Source: an uncultured Actinomycetota bacterium
GTDB lineage: Bacteria; Actinomycetota; Thermoleophilia; RBG-16-64-13
Direction: 5' to 3'
DNA length: 64,000 bases
Assembly: GCA_963803925.1 (NCBI GenBank)
Contig: CAWDOM010000005.1
Span: 134,295-198,294 of the forward strand
Numbering within the stretch: position 1 is the first letter of the stretch; every line of letters starts with the position of its first letter. Below are positions 20,303-29,674 of this stretch, piece after piece. The notes below the pieces were generated by a model that saw nothing but the letters and a program-made list of their open reading frames with translations, made no database searches and had not been told where the DNA came from. The position numbers and the translations under genes are program-made.

Positions 20303-21222
20303 GATTGGACGGCAAGGTAGCGATCATCACCGGTGGGGGCACAGGCATCGGCAGAGCCATCGCGGAACGCTTCGTCCTGGATGGAGCCGATGTTTGCATT
20401 ACCGGCCGGCGGGTCGAAGTGCTCGAAGCGAGCGCGGCTTCAATGCCGGCCGGCCGGGTGAAAACGTGCGCGGCCGACGTGAGCAACGCGGTAGATGTGG
20501 AACGAGTGGTCGAGAGCGCCCTCTCGTTCGGGCACGGCCTGCACTGTCTCGTCAACAATGCCGGCACCGATCAGCCGATGGCCGGCGTGGCCGATCTCGA
20601 CCCTGCCCTATGGGACCACGTGCTCTCGGTGAACCTCACCGGGCCGTTTCTCATGATGAGGGCCGCCATTCCGCACATGATCGAAGCCGGCGGCGGCGCC
20701 ATCGTGAACATCTCGTCCCTCGCTGGGCTGGTGAACCCCCAGGGTCTACCCGCCTACTGCGCGTCGAAGGGCGGTCTCATCAGTCTTTCGAAACAGGTGG
20801 CAGTTGACTACGGCGTGAACAACGTACGCTGCAATGTGATCTGCCCCGGAGCCACCATGACCGAGATGTTCGTCGGCAGCATGGTGCCATTCGCAGAGGC
20901 CTGCGGCGTCAAGATCGAAGACGTGTTCGGCACCTTCGCCCGCGACATTCCCCTCCGCCGCCTGTCCAGTCCTCACGAGATGGCGGGGTTGTGCAGCTTC
21001 CTGGCGAGTGATGATGCAAGCTTCCTCACGGCCGCTGTGATACCGGTCGACGGCGGCGCCGGTGTTGTCGACGTGTCGGGCGCGGCGATCAACCAGATGG
21101 CTGCACGGTACCTCAGAACGGCAAGCCAGGAGACGAGAGACCGCCCTGCTGTTCCTGCAGCGTCGTACTCTCGGTCTCAGCGGGCCTCTGCGAGCGGCTT
21201 CTTTTTGCCGATCCGCTCGTAG
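20299..21222 (+). CDS. SDR family oxidoreductase, with a ~35-aa C-terminal extension relative to its paralog at 49364
   Basis: TGGGTGIGRA, NNAG and YCASK motifs. The last 46 nt overlap a convergent ORF. Confidence 0.8.
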   Translation: MRLDGKVAIITGGGTGIGRAIAERFVLDGADVCITGRRVEVLEASAASMPAGRVKTCAADVSNAVDVERVVESALSFGHGLHCLVNNAGTDQPMAGVADLDPALWDHVLSVNLTGPFLMMRAAIPHMIEAGGGAIVNISSLAGLVNPQGLPAYCASKGGLISLSKQVAVDYGVNNVRCNVICPGATMTEMFVGSMVPFAEACGVKIEDVFGTFARDIPLRRLSSPHEMAGLCSFLASDDASFLTAAVIPVDGGAGVVDVSGAAINQMAARYLRTASQETRDRPAVPAASYSRSQRASASGFFLPIRS

Positions 21223-21869
21223 AACTCCTCGGGTATGTTCTCTGGGTGCTTGTAGAAGACGTACTCACAGGCTCCGTGCCCGATGGGTTCCGACACCACT
21301 TTGACCCGCACGAACCGCCCAGTGTTCTCAATGGCGAGAGCTTCGGTGATAGGGCAGTGCACGCAGTAGATGGGGAAGTCCTTCTTGCCCCAGGTGACGG
21401 CATGCGGTCCTTCGACTTTCGCCAGACCGACTTCGGAGCTGTAGCCGCCCATCTGGATGATCCGCTCCCCCGACCCGCAGGGCTTCATGCTGAGGCTGAT
21501 CGTCTCGTCGGTCTCGACGATGGTGATCGGCTGCATGTGGCCGCGCAGGCCGCTTGCCGTCTGCTCCACCAAAGAGCGGAGGTCGGTCTTCTCCGGCGGC
21601 TTGAAAACCACCTTCGCCTCGGCGGTGTGGGCCTGCCTCTCCGCTTCTTCGAGCGCCTCGGTGCCGTGATTCTCGTAGATGTAGGTCTGAAGACCGGCAA
21701 CCCAGAACATGTACCCATCGTGGAGGTGGTTGTACTCCTTCTTCATGCGCTGCGCCAGAGTCTTCGCCCTGTCCTTGTCACCGGCGTCGATGGCCTGCGA
21801 CAGGAGGTCCAGGGTCGGCGTCCCCAGCTCCTTCAACTCCTGCTCGGTGAAGAGCCTGTCCTTGCTCAT
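21177..21869 (-). CDS. Hypothetical protein with Cys motifs (C-x4-..; CVHC; HGAC), possibly metal-binding
   Basis: 230-aa ORF with good coding character. I recognise no family. Confidence 0.4.
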   Translation of the reverse strand: MSKDRLFTEQELKELGTPTLDLLSQAIDAGDKDRAKTLAQRMKKEYNHLHDGYMFWVAGLQTYIYENHGTEALEEAERQAHTAEAKVVFKPPEKTDLRSLVEQTASGLRGHMQPITIVETDETISLSMKPCGSGERIIQMGGYSSEVGLAKVEGPHAVTWGKKDFPIYCVHCPITEALAIENTGRFVRVKVVSEPIGHGACEYVFYKHPENIPEEFYERIGKKKPLAEAR

Positions 21870-21925
21870 GATGTCTCCCGTGCGATCGCTTCGCGTCCCG
21901 AACCCGCACTGTCGCGGGCAACCCG

Positions 21926-22678
21926 TTAGTGAGTCGGATCCAAGCCCAGTCGCGTGAGGAGCTTCACCCGGAATTCATCCCCGCCGGAACCAAGGGCCGT
22001 CAAAGTGATAGGCATGCGCTTCAGGCTGTCGAGCACCACGCCGCACATGTCGAACGGAATGCTCAGAAGATGCACGCCCGGGGCAAATACTCCGAGCGCC
22101 CGCATGCCCATGCTGAGTATCGAGGTGTAATTGACCTCGCCGGTGAGATAGGGGTAGACGAAGAGCCACGCGCAGCCGATCACCCCAGTGCTCTTGCTGG
22201 TCCACATGTCTCCCGTGGAGTAGCTCATCGCCCGCAGGACGACTTCCGATTGCTCCTCGCGGGCGGCGATAATCAGAAGATCGGGGTCGCCGGCAAGCTT
22301 GCCGAGGGGCGCCAGCGTCACGTACTCGATGCCGCGCCTGTCCTCCAGCCTCGGTATGTGATCATAGAGGCGGCTCCCCGAGCGGGGGCTATCGAAGACC
22401 TCGAGCCCGGTGCCGTAGACCCCTGACGTGTACACGAGTGGAAGGTCTTTGCCGAGCGCGTAGAGGGCCGCACCACACATGTGATTCTCCGCGGCCGCGT
22501 AGAAAGCGTTGCCCTGTTGGGCGTGACGAAGCATCTCGCAAAGGCGCATGGTGCCGTCGAGACGGGGAACATCCTCCGGAGGATCGACGGAGTACGTCAC
22601 CCCCACTGGTGGAACCTCGAAGCCGATCTCGCTGCCGGCCTCCAACCATCCTTGCTGGTCGAAACCCATGGATATCAC
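21926..22678 (-). CDS. Hypothetical protein, possibly DUF169-like
   Basis: 250-aa ORF. The DUF169 resemblance is weak. Confidence 0.35.
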   Translation of the reverse strand: MISMGFDQQGWLEAGSEIGFEVPPVGVTYSVDPPEDVPRLDGTMRLCEMLRHAQQGNAFYAAAENHMCGAALYALGKDLPLVYTSGVYGTGLEVFDSPRSGSRLYDHIPRLEDRRGIEYVTLAPLGKLAGDPDLLIIAAREEQSEVVLRAMSYSTGDMWTSKSTGVIGCAWLFVYPYLTGEVNYTSILSMGMRALGVFAPGVHLLSIPFDMCGVVLDSLKRMPITLTALGSGGDEFRVKLLTRLGLDPTH

Positions 22679-22724
22679 TGATGCCTCCTATGCCGTCTGT
22701 TCTTGTGGCTGGACGAGCCGGGTG

Positions 22725-23453
22725 TCACGGATAGACCGACTGCCTGAGAGCGAGTGGATCATGGCCTGGGAGGATCGTGCCTCCGAGATCCCTCAGTCGG
22801 TCTAGGCTCTCGTAATACTCCCGGAGGTCGACGTAGAGCGGCCCGGGCCAGAACGACGCACCAACAGGAACATCCATGTTGACATAGTGGGCTATGGTGT
22901 CCCCCGCGAGTACGAACAAGCCGTCGTCGGTATCAACGAGCACGGCTTGGCTTCCCGGAGAGTGCCCCGGAGTCACAATCACCCGAATGCCGTCGGTGAT
23001 CTCGGTTTCACCATCGATGACATCGAGGTCCATGCTCGCCAAGTCGACGTCGTAGGCCTGTATGTGTGCCGCGAGGGGATGGCGCGCGTACTCCAGCTCG
23101 CTCTTCTGTACAACGAAGCGGGCGTTGGGAACGAGACAGTTGCCGGCGCAGTGGTCCAGATGGAGGTGGGTGTTGACGACCAGCCGGATATCCTCCGGCG
23201 CCAGGTCGAACCTCTTGAGCTGCGCCTCCAAGGTATGCTCCGGAATCCGCTTGAAGTCGCCCTTCAGATCCTCCTCCTCCATCGACCCGAAGCCGGTGTC
23301 GACCAACACGGCCTCATCGCCGCTCCGCAGCAACCAGGCCAGAACCACGCCGTCGACGCTGCCTCCAGGCGGCGACATCAGGAGCACCTGGGAGATGTTC
23401 CTAATCGCGGTTGCCAGCACCAGGGGGGCTATCGTCCACTTCTTGCGCGTCAT
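22725..23453 (-). CDS. MBL-fold metallo-hydrolase (lactonase-like)
   Basis: HLHLDHCAGN (HxHxDH) motif and downstream His/Asp ligands. Confidence 0.75.
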   Translation of the reverse strand: MTRKKWTIAPLVLATAIRNISQVLLMSPPGGSVDGVVLAWLLRSGDEAVLVDTGFGSMEEEDLKGDFKRIPEHTLEAQLKRFDLAPEDIRLVVNTHLHLDHCAGNCLVPNARFVVQKSELEYARHPLAAHIQAYDVDLASMDLDVIDGETEITDGIRVIVTPGHSPGSQAVLVDTDDGLFVLAGDTIAHYVNMDVPVGASFWPGPLYVDLREYYESLDRLRDLGGTILPGHDPLALRQSVYP

Positions 23454-23503
23454 CTTCTCGTCTCCCTCCAGTCAAATCGGTGTACAAGCGTTCACATCGG
23501 TTA

Positions 23504-23550
23504 TTGACATCCTATCGCAGCTCCTGATAGTTTTGGTGAACAATCGTTAT
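23504..23550 (+). promoter_or_regulatory. Promoter/operator block upstream of TetR paralog 2: TTGACA-N18-TAGTTT-TG-GTGAACAA-TC-GTTAT
   Basis: AT-rich divergent intergenic region between the MBL hydrolase gene and the TetR gene. Conserved with 8574..8619. Confidence 0.45.
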
Positions 23551-23616
23551 AAAGATTCTGGGCGGAGTGGCGTTGGGACGGACACCAGGGGCTTCTGCCG
23601 GGAGGGTCACCGAGCT

Positions 23617-24345
23617 GTGCGCAAGGGCATTCGAGCAACGCGAGAGCAAAGGCAACGTCAGATCGCCGACGTCACGCTGAAGCTGATCGCCCGGTACGGG
23701 GTCCACGGCGCCACCATCTCGCGTATCGCGTCGGGCATCGGACTAACGCGATCGGCTCTCTACAAGTTCTTCCCCAACCGTGAAGCGATGCTCGGGGGGG
23801 CTCTGGATCTCCTCGTGGAGCGGGTACCCCGGTGGATCGACCAATCGTCCGGACGCGACGTCTACGAGCATTTGATGGACATGGGCAGACAACATGCGCC
23901 GCTGGGCCGGGCGGAATTCGAGTCCTTCACCCGGCCCTGGTTCCAGTTCATCGCGGCCAGCAGCGCGGAGCAGATGACCCACGAGCTGGCCAAGCGTCAG
24001 ATGGTCTTCGTTCAAGACTTCGCGATCCTCGTCGAACAGGGGAAGCGCGACGGAAGCATCCGGGAGGATGTGGACAGCAGTCTGGTCGCGTGGGCTCTCA
24101 TGATGTGGGGATGGGCGGACGACGTCGCCCGTCTGGTCGGGCTGGAGCAGGTGATGGGAACCGAGATGTCGATCGAGATCTTCAGGCGCATGCTCGGGGA
24201 CATAGCCGGTCCTTCTCGCGACTCGGGCGGCGCCCGGGACGAGAGAGCAGGCGCCGGAGGGATTGATGGGCGTGATGGGCGTGATGGGCATGGGGTGCGC
24301 CCCGTCGAAGAAAGCGCGACGATCACAACCGACCCACGACCATGA
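23617..24345 (+). CDS. TetR/AcrR family transcriptional regulator, paralog 2
   Basis: GTG start with a GGAGGG RBS 10 nt upstream. HTH ATISRIASGIGLTRSALYKFFPNREAML. The long upstream part of the ORF track (from 23062) is a Pro/Ser/Arg-rich shadow. Confidence 0.75.
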   Translation: MRKGIRATREQRQRQIADVTLKLIARYGVHGATISRIASGIGLTRSALYKFFPNREAMLGGALDLLVERVPRWIDQSSGRDVYEHLMDMGRQHAPLGRAEFESFTRPWFQFIAASSAEQMTHELAKRQMVFVQDFAILVEQGKRDGSIREDVDSSLVAWALMMWGWADDVARLVGLEQVMGTEMSIEIFRRMLGDIAGPSRDSGGARDERAGAGGIDGRDGRDGHGVRPVEESATITTDPRP

Positions 24346-24638
24346 TCTCGCCGGCGTAGCGGCAATCTCACTTCGCCAGCCTTTCTTCGAGCTCAGGAGG
24401 CGCGCCTGCAGGTATCGGATTTCGATCATGCCGTAACGAAACGCGCCAGCAAGAGAGGTGCAACATGAGGAGAGGAACCGCATCCGTAGTAGTGTCAGCG
24501 CTCCCGGCACCTACATCGTCAAGGCCGCCATGGAGCTATCCGAGTAACGCTTCAGGGCTCAGCGACCGCGATCATTCTGTAACTACGACGATGCTTTCCC
24601 GATGCGGCTCCGACACTCGATCGTGACGAATAGGGGTA

Positions 24639-25289
24639 ATGGTGACTACGCACAACGATGCCGGCTTGGCCCTCGACCCATCAAAGACGGCGCTGCTTCT
24701 TGTCCACTGGCAGAACGAGATAGCGGCTCCCAAGGGGCGCAACGCCCAGGACATGGCACAGCGGGTGCGGGAGAAAGGCATCCTGCGACGCACCCAGGCA
24801 GTGCTCGACGCGACCCGTAGGCGTGGGATGCTCGTAGTGTACGTCAACGGAGTGCATGCTCCAGGCTACCCTGAGTTGGGCGCGAGGACCGTGCCACTGG
24901 CAGCCATGCTCATATCGAGGGGCTCGATGCTGAAGGGCACATGGGGAGTCGAGGTCATCGATGAGCTCAAGCCCATCGACGGCGAGATCGTACTCGACAA
25001 CTACTCGTCCAACGGGTTCTGTGCTACACCGCTCGATCTCATACTGCGCAACCACGGCATCAGCGACTTGGTGATCAGCGGCATAGCCACGCACGTCGCG
25101 GTGGAGTCGACCACGCGGGAGGCCTTCCACATGGGCTACACGGTCTACACGCTGGAGGATTGCTGCACCAGCACCACTCAGGAGATCCACGATTGGAGCA
25201 TCAAGAACACGCTCTCGTTCTTCGGCTTCGTGACCAACTCAGGTAGCTACATAGCCGCCATCGGCGCGGCAGACGGCAAGGAGGCGTAG
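24639..25289 (+). CDS. Isochorismatase-family cysteine hydrolase, paralog 1
   Basis: LLVHWQNE, VISGIATHVAVESTTREA and EDCC catalytic-Cys region. Confidence 0.8.
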   Translation: MVTTHNDAGLALDPSKTALLLVHWQNEIAAPKGRNAQDMAQRVREKGILRRTQAVLDATRRRGMLVVYVNGVHAPGYPELGARTVPLAAMLISRGSMLKGTWGVEVIDELKPIDGEIVLDNYSSNGFCATPLDLILRNHGISDLVISGIATHVAVESTTREAFHMGYTVYTLEDCCTSTTQEIHDWSIKNTLSFFGFVTNSGSYIAAIGAADGKEA

Positions 25290-26138
25290 ATGAGCCGGCT
25301 GGATCTCGAGGACAAGGTGGCCCTGGTAACAGGCGCGGCGGGCAAGCGCGGCATGGGCCATTCGGTGGCTCTGCGGCTGGCGGAGCAGGGGGCCGACGTG
25401 GCGGTGCTCGACATCGCGCCGGCGCCGAGGAGCCTCTTCACCGGTGACGACGGCTGGCGCGGGCTCGACGAGGTGGTCGAGGAGATCGAGGCACTCGGCC
25501 GCAGGGGTCTCGCCTTGGTGGCCGACATCAGCAGCAAAGAGCAGACCGCCCAAGCTGTCGAGGCGGCCGCACAGAAGCTCGGCCGGATCGACGTGCTGGT
25601 GCACTGCGCGGGCATGCGCGGCACGCCCAACGTGAACGTAGTCGACGGCGACGAGGACGAGTGGAAACGGATGTTCGACGTGAACCTCCTGGGTTCGTTC
25701 GTCATCGCGAAGCCGGTCGTGGCGCAGATGGTGCGGCAGGGAGGCGGGGGCAAGATCGTGCTCATCGCCTCGCTCGCCGGACGGGAGGGCGTGAAGGGCA
25801 ACGCCGCCTACGCCGCGTCGAAATGGGGTGTCATCGGCCTGGTGCAGAGCCTCGCCAAAGAGACCGCGGCGCACCGGATCAACGTGAACGCCGTGTGTCC
25901 CGGAATGATCATCACCAACCTGCGCGACCACTGGATCGAGGCCGAGGCCAAGCAGGCCGGCACGACCTCGGAGGAGTACCGGCGGCAAGAGTACGAGAGA
26001 GGCGGCAAGATCGTGCCTCTTGGTCGCATGGGCATGCCCGACGACATAGCCGACGTCGTCTCGTTCCTGGCATCGAAGCACTCGGACTACATGACCGGCC
26101 AGTCGCTCAACGTCTGCGGCGGCCTCGTCATGAACTAG
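25290..26138 (+). CDS. SDR family oxidoreductase
   Basis: TGAAGKRGMG; YAASK; starts immediately after the upstream stop codon. Confidence 0.85.
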   Translation: MSRLDLEDKVALVTGAAGKRGMGHSVALRLAEQGADVAVLDIAPAPRSLFTGDDGWRGLDEVVEEIEALGRRGLALVADISSKEQTAQAVEAAAQKLGRIDVLVHCAGMRGTPNVNVVDGDEDEWKRMFDVNLLGSFVIAKPVVAQMVRQGGGGKIVLIASLAGREGVKGNAAYAASKWGVIGLVQSLAKETAAHRINVNAVCPGMIITNLRDHWIEAEAKQAGTTSEEYRRQEYERGGKIVPLGRMGMPDDIADVVSFLASKHSDYMTGQSLNVCGGLVMN

Positions 26139-26275
26139 AGCCGGCCGGACCGCGACCGCACGCCATGAGCAAGCGATCCGGACAGACGACGGTGGTGCGA
26201 GAACTGGCGTTCATCGGCACCGCCTGCGACTGGAACGTGTGTCTTGGAAGATGATCGCACGCAAGGAGAACCACA

Positions 26276-27058
26276 GTGACCAGATCGTTCGAGAACAAAG
26301 TGGCGCTCGTGACCGGGGCGGCAAGTGGTATCGGGCGGGCCGGGGCCGTGGCCTTCGCCCACGAAGGAGCAAGGGTGCTGGTTACGACCGGTTCTAACGT
26401 CGAGGGCGGCGAGGAGACGGTGCGGCTCATCAAGGACGCGGGCGGCGAAGCCTCGTTTCTCAAGGTCGACGTATCCGACGAGGCCGACGTCGAAGAGATG
26501 GTGACGGCCTGCCTGTCTCGCTACGGAGGGCTCGACTTCGCCTTCAACAACGCAGGGGTCGGGCCCGACGGCAGGCGGATCCCATTCTTCCAGATAGTCG
26601 ACATGCCCAAGGACATCTGGGATCACACGCTCGGTGTCAACGTCACCGGCGCCTTCTTGTGCATGAAGCACGAGTTGCGGCACATGATCGCGCAGGGGTC
26701 GGGGGTGATCGTCAACACGTCGTCGGTGCATCCTCTCAAGGCCAAACCGGGCTCGTGCGCGTACATGGCGAGCAAGGCCGGACTCAACGGCATAACCAAG
26801 ACGGCCGCGCTCGAGGCAGCTCCATACAACGTCAGGGTTAACACCATTATGCCCGGGCCCACGGAGGGAACGCTGCTCGTCGACTACCTTACCGCGGCCC
26901 ATCCGGAACGGAAGGCCGACATGAAGCGGGTCGTCCCGCTGCCCCGCCTCGGCAACACCGACGACATGGCGCAGACACTTATCTGGCTCTGCTCCGACGC
27001 CTCCTCCTTCATCACCGGGCAGTGCCTGGCGGTGGATGGAGGCCTCACCGCAGGCTGA
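26276..27058 (+). CDS. SDR family oxidoreductase
   Basis: TGAASGIGRA; NNAG; YMASK. Confidence 0.85.
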   Translation: MTRSFENKVALVTGAASGIGRAGAVAFAHEGARVLVTTGSNVEGGEETVRLIKDAGGEASFLKVDVSDEADVEEMVTACLSRYGGLDFAFNNAGVGPDGRRIPFFQIVDMPKDIWDHTLGVNVTGAFLCMKHELRHMIAQGSGVIVNTSSVHPLKAKPGSCAYMASKAGLNGITKTAALEAAPYNVRVNTIMPGPTEGTLLVDYLTAAHPERKADMKRVVPLPRLGNTDDMAQTLIWLCSDASSFITGQCLAVDGGLTAG

Positions 27059-27099
27059 TGACGGAACGTTACCGACACGCGGTTGAAAGAACACCAGAC

Positions 27100-28254
27100 A
27101 TGAAGATCCCCCAGATCGGCGCCCTGATGGAGACGAGACTGCAGGACCTGGCAGAAGCCCGCGGCCGCGGCACAAAGGTCGTGGGGTATCTCTCCGGCGG
27201 CTTCGTGCCCGACGAGCTCATCTACGCGTCGGGAGCCATCGCGCTCTGCCTCAGCCATGGCGGCGAGGCCCGGGCGACTGAGCGGGCGCTCGCGCTCGTG
27301 CCCAACGTGATCTGCCCGTTCGCCCGCGCCCAGATCGGCGAGACACTGCTGAGGACCAACCCTTTCTACGCTTCGTTGGACTTGGTGGTAGTGCCGACAA
27401 CCTGCCAGCATCTGAAGCAGGCCGGCGATGTGTGGGAGCACTTCGATGTGGTCGACGTCTTCAAGCTGGGCGTTCCCTACGACTGCCAGGACGACTACGA
27501 ACTCGAGTACTACCGAGACAGACTGGCCGAGCTGAAGAGGGCGCTCGAGCGACTCACCGGCACCCTCATCACCGACGACAAGCTGAACGATGCTATCGCC
27601 GTTCATAACCGGCTGCGCGGGCTGCTGAAGACGCTGAGCCTGGCGCGCCGCGGGCCGCGGCCGGCCGTCGACACCCTCGACTTCGTGCGACTGAACCACC
27701 TCTCCATGTATGCCGACCCCGTCAGCACCTGTGCTGTGCTCGAGACTCTCTGCGGCGCGACCGCCGAGCCGCCGGCGCCCGCGGCGAAGAGACCGCGTGT
27801 GATGTTGATCGGGCCCGCCCTCGCCTTCGGCGATTACGACATCATCAGGATGATCGCCGACGCGGGGGCCGACGTGGTGGTCGAGGAGGTGCTCGAGGGC
27901 ATGCGCGACTACTGGCAGGTCGTCGACGGCCCCGGCGATCCGCTCGACCGGCTCGCGAGAAGCTATCTACTCGGCAAGAAGCCGGCCGCGTTCATGAGGG
28001 GCGCGACCCGCAAGAGGCTCGATTTCGTGCTCGATCTCATCGAGGAGTTCGACGTCGACGGCGTGCTCTGGTACCAGCTGCTCTGCTGTGAGCTCTACGA
28101 CGAGGAGTCGTTCCTCTTCGAGAAGGTGCTGCAGAAACGGGGCATTCCCCTGCTGCTGGTCGAGTCCGACTACCACAACCTCGACGCGGGCCCGGTGCGC
28201 ACGCGGCTGGACGCGTTCGTCGAGATCCTACGAGGCGGGCCGGTCGATGCTTGA
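27100..28254 (+). CDS. 2-hydroxyacyl-CoA dehydratase / BcrBC-family (HGD-D) subunit, ~385 aa, pair 2
   Basis: About 65% identical to 16282..17475, with the same Cys motifs (VICPFARA, TCQHLK, LLCCELYDEES). The ORF track begins at 27022; start chosen by paralog alignment. Confidence 0.7.
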   Translation: MKIPQIGALMETRLQDLAEARGRGTKVVGYLSGGFVPDELIYASGAIALCLSHGGEARATERALALVPNVICPFARAQIGETLLRTNPFYASLDLVVVPTTCQHLKQAGDVWEHFDVVDVFKLGVPYDCQDDYELEYYRDRLAELKRALERLTGTLITDDKLNDAIAVHNRLRGLLKTLSLARRGPRPAVDTLDFVRLNHLSMYADPVSTCAVLETLCGATAEPPAPAAKRPRVMLIGPALAFGDYDIIRMIADAGADVVVEEVLEGMRDYWQVVDGPGDPLDRLARSYLLGKKPAAFMRGATRKRLDFVLDLIEEFDVDGVLWYQLLCCELYDEESFLFEKVLQKRGIPLLLVESDYHNLDAGPVRTRLDAFVEILRGGPVDA

Positions 28255-29674
28255 GCTTCTAGAACTCTGCGGATTCGACGACGGAGAACGTCAGGCTCAG
28301 CTCCCCCGAGTGAAGTCGGCCTTCTCGAGGCTGGACCTGACCGAGGACGACATCAAGACGGCCAAGGAGAGGCTCCACCTCTACTACGACATGGAGTTGT
28401 CGGGCGTCAGGATGATGGTGGGCGTCCTTCTGAAGGACATGGTCGATATCGTGCTGCTTCGCGACGAGGGCGCGCGAAAGGTCATCCATTCGTGCATGGC
28501 GCCGGGATTCGAGGTGCTCGGCACGGCCATCAACACGAACTCCGACGACGTTAGGCTGACCTATCCGAACTTCACATTCATGGCGGTCCTCGGGGGTGTG
28601 TTCGGCAGGTTCGTGCCGGTGCTCGAGGCTGCCGAGCGGTTGTGGCTGCGAGGTGGCATCGTGCGCCACTGCGGCATGGTCAAGGCCAGGGTGGGCCTCA
28701 TGAGCTTGGGACTGCACCCCCGGCCCGACCTGACGGTGACCACAGGCTACCTCTGCGACACCAGTCCGAAATCAAACGAGATCATGGAAGCGGTCTTCGG
28801 CATACCGGCGTACTGCGTCGACCATGTGCAAGATCGCCGGTCCGCCGAGTTCCCCGACGGCAGCCGGCTGACCGTGTTGTCTGCCAAAGGCATGCGCAGG
28901 TTCGGCGCCGTCGTGCAGAGAGAGACCGGCCTCGAGGTGACCGACGAGATGTTGTGGCGGGCCATCCAGGCGCGACGGCCCATCGGACAGGCGATGGATC
29001 GAGTGCTCGACGTGATCCGTCTCAACGACCCTCCACCGCTCGGGGCGACTCATCTCAACCTGCTCGCGGCGCTCGGCCGGCCGCCCTACAAGGAGAGTGA
29101 GATTCCGCGGGTGGTGGAAATCCTCGACACGCTCCGCGATGAGTTGGAGAACCGCGTGCGCGGAGGCGTGGGGGCGGTTCCCAAGGGTGCGCCTCGCATC
29201 CTCGTGCTGTGCCCAAACCATCACTCCGACCCCCGCTTCGAGTACCTGTCCAACCGGCTCGGCCTGAACATCGTAGCCTCCGACTTCAACTTCTCCTCGG
29301 GAGAAGACAGGTCGGGCGCGGGCATCGTCGACCCCAACGACCCATACGATGTCATCTGCCAGCATCCTCACGGCACCCCCGGTCAATGTCTGGGGGGGCG
29401 GGCCCATATCATTCTCGACGTCTGCCGGCGCCTCCGCATCGACGGCGTCATCGACCACTACCACGCGGGTTGCAGGTACATGGCCGCCGACACCGTCGCG
29501 CTGCGCGAAACGGTCACCCGGGAACTGGGTATTCCGGTGCTGGCCTATGAATGGGACAACTTCGACCCCCGTTCGTACAACGAGAAGGACCTGGTGGCCA
29601 ACCTCGAGACGTTCTGGGGAATGGTCGAAACGAGTGGCGGCCCAATCCAGCAAGGAGAAAAACGTCATGAGTGA
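28247..29674 (+). CDS. 2-hydroxyacyl-CoA dehydratase / BcrBC-family (HGD-D) subunit, ~475 aa, pair 2
   Basis: ATG at 28247 overlaps the upstream stop by 8 nt. HCGMVKARVG and HYHAGCRY are conserved, but VLGGVFG replaces VLGCMFG of the paralog. The ORF track starts at 28088. Confidence 0.7.
   Translation: MLELLELCGFDDGERQAQLPRVKSAFSRLDLTEDDIKTAKERLHLYYDMELSGVRMMVGVLLKDMVDIVLLRDEGARKVIHSCMAPGFEVLGTAINTNSDDVRLTYPNFTFMAVLGGVFGRFVPVLEAAERLWLRGGIVRHCGMVKARVGLMSLGLHPRPDLTVTTGYLCDTSPKSNEIMEAVFGIPAYCVDHVQDRRSAEFPDGSRLTVLSAKGMRRFGAVVQRETGLEVTDEMLWRAIQARRPIGQAMDRVLDVIRLNDPPPLGATHLNLLAALGRPPYKESEIPRVVEILDTLRDELENRVRGGVGAVPKGAPRILVLCPNHHSDPRFEYLSNRLGLNIVASDFNFSSGEDRSGAGIVDPNDPYDVICQHPHGTPGQCLGGRAHIILDVCRRLRIDGVIDHYHAGCRYMAADTVALRETVTRELGIPVLAYEWDNFDPRSYNEKDLVANLETFWGMVETSGGPIQQGEKRHE

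Noticed and set aside
23062-23616. Upstream 185 codons of the ORF-track entry for TetR paralog 2
   Set aside because: Ser/Pro/Arg-rich with no motifs, and it overlaps the MBL hydrolase gene on the other strand. The real TetR start is the GTG at 23617, which has a GGAGGG RBS.
26167-26256. 29-codon ORF MSKRSGQTTVVRELAFIGTACDWNVCLGR between two SDR genes, considered as a possible RiPP-like precursor
   Set aside because: It has no RBS, no radical-SAM or other maturase context, and it is simply the tail of a spurious long ORF (25661..26254).
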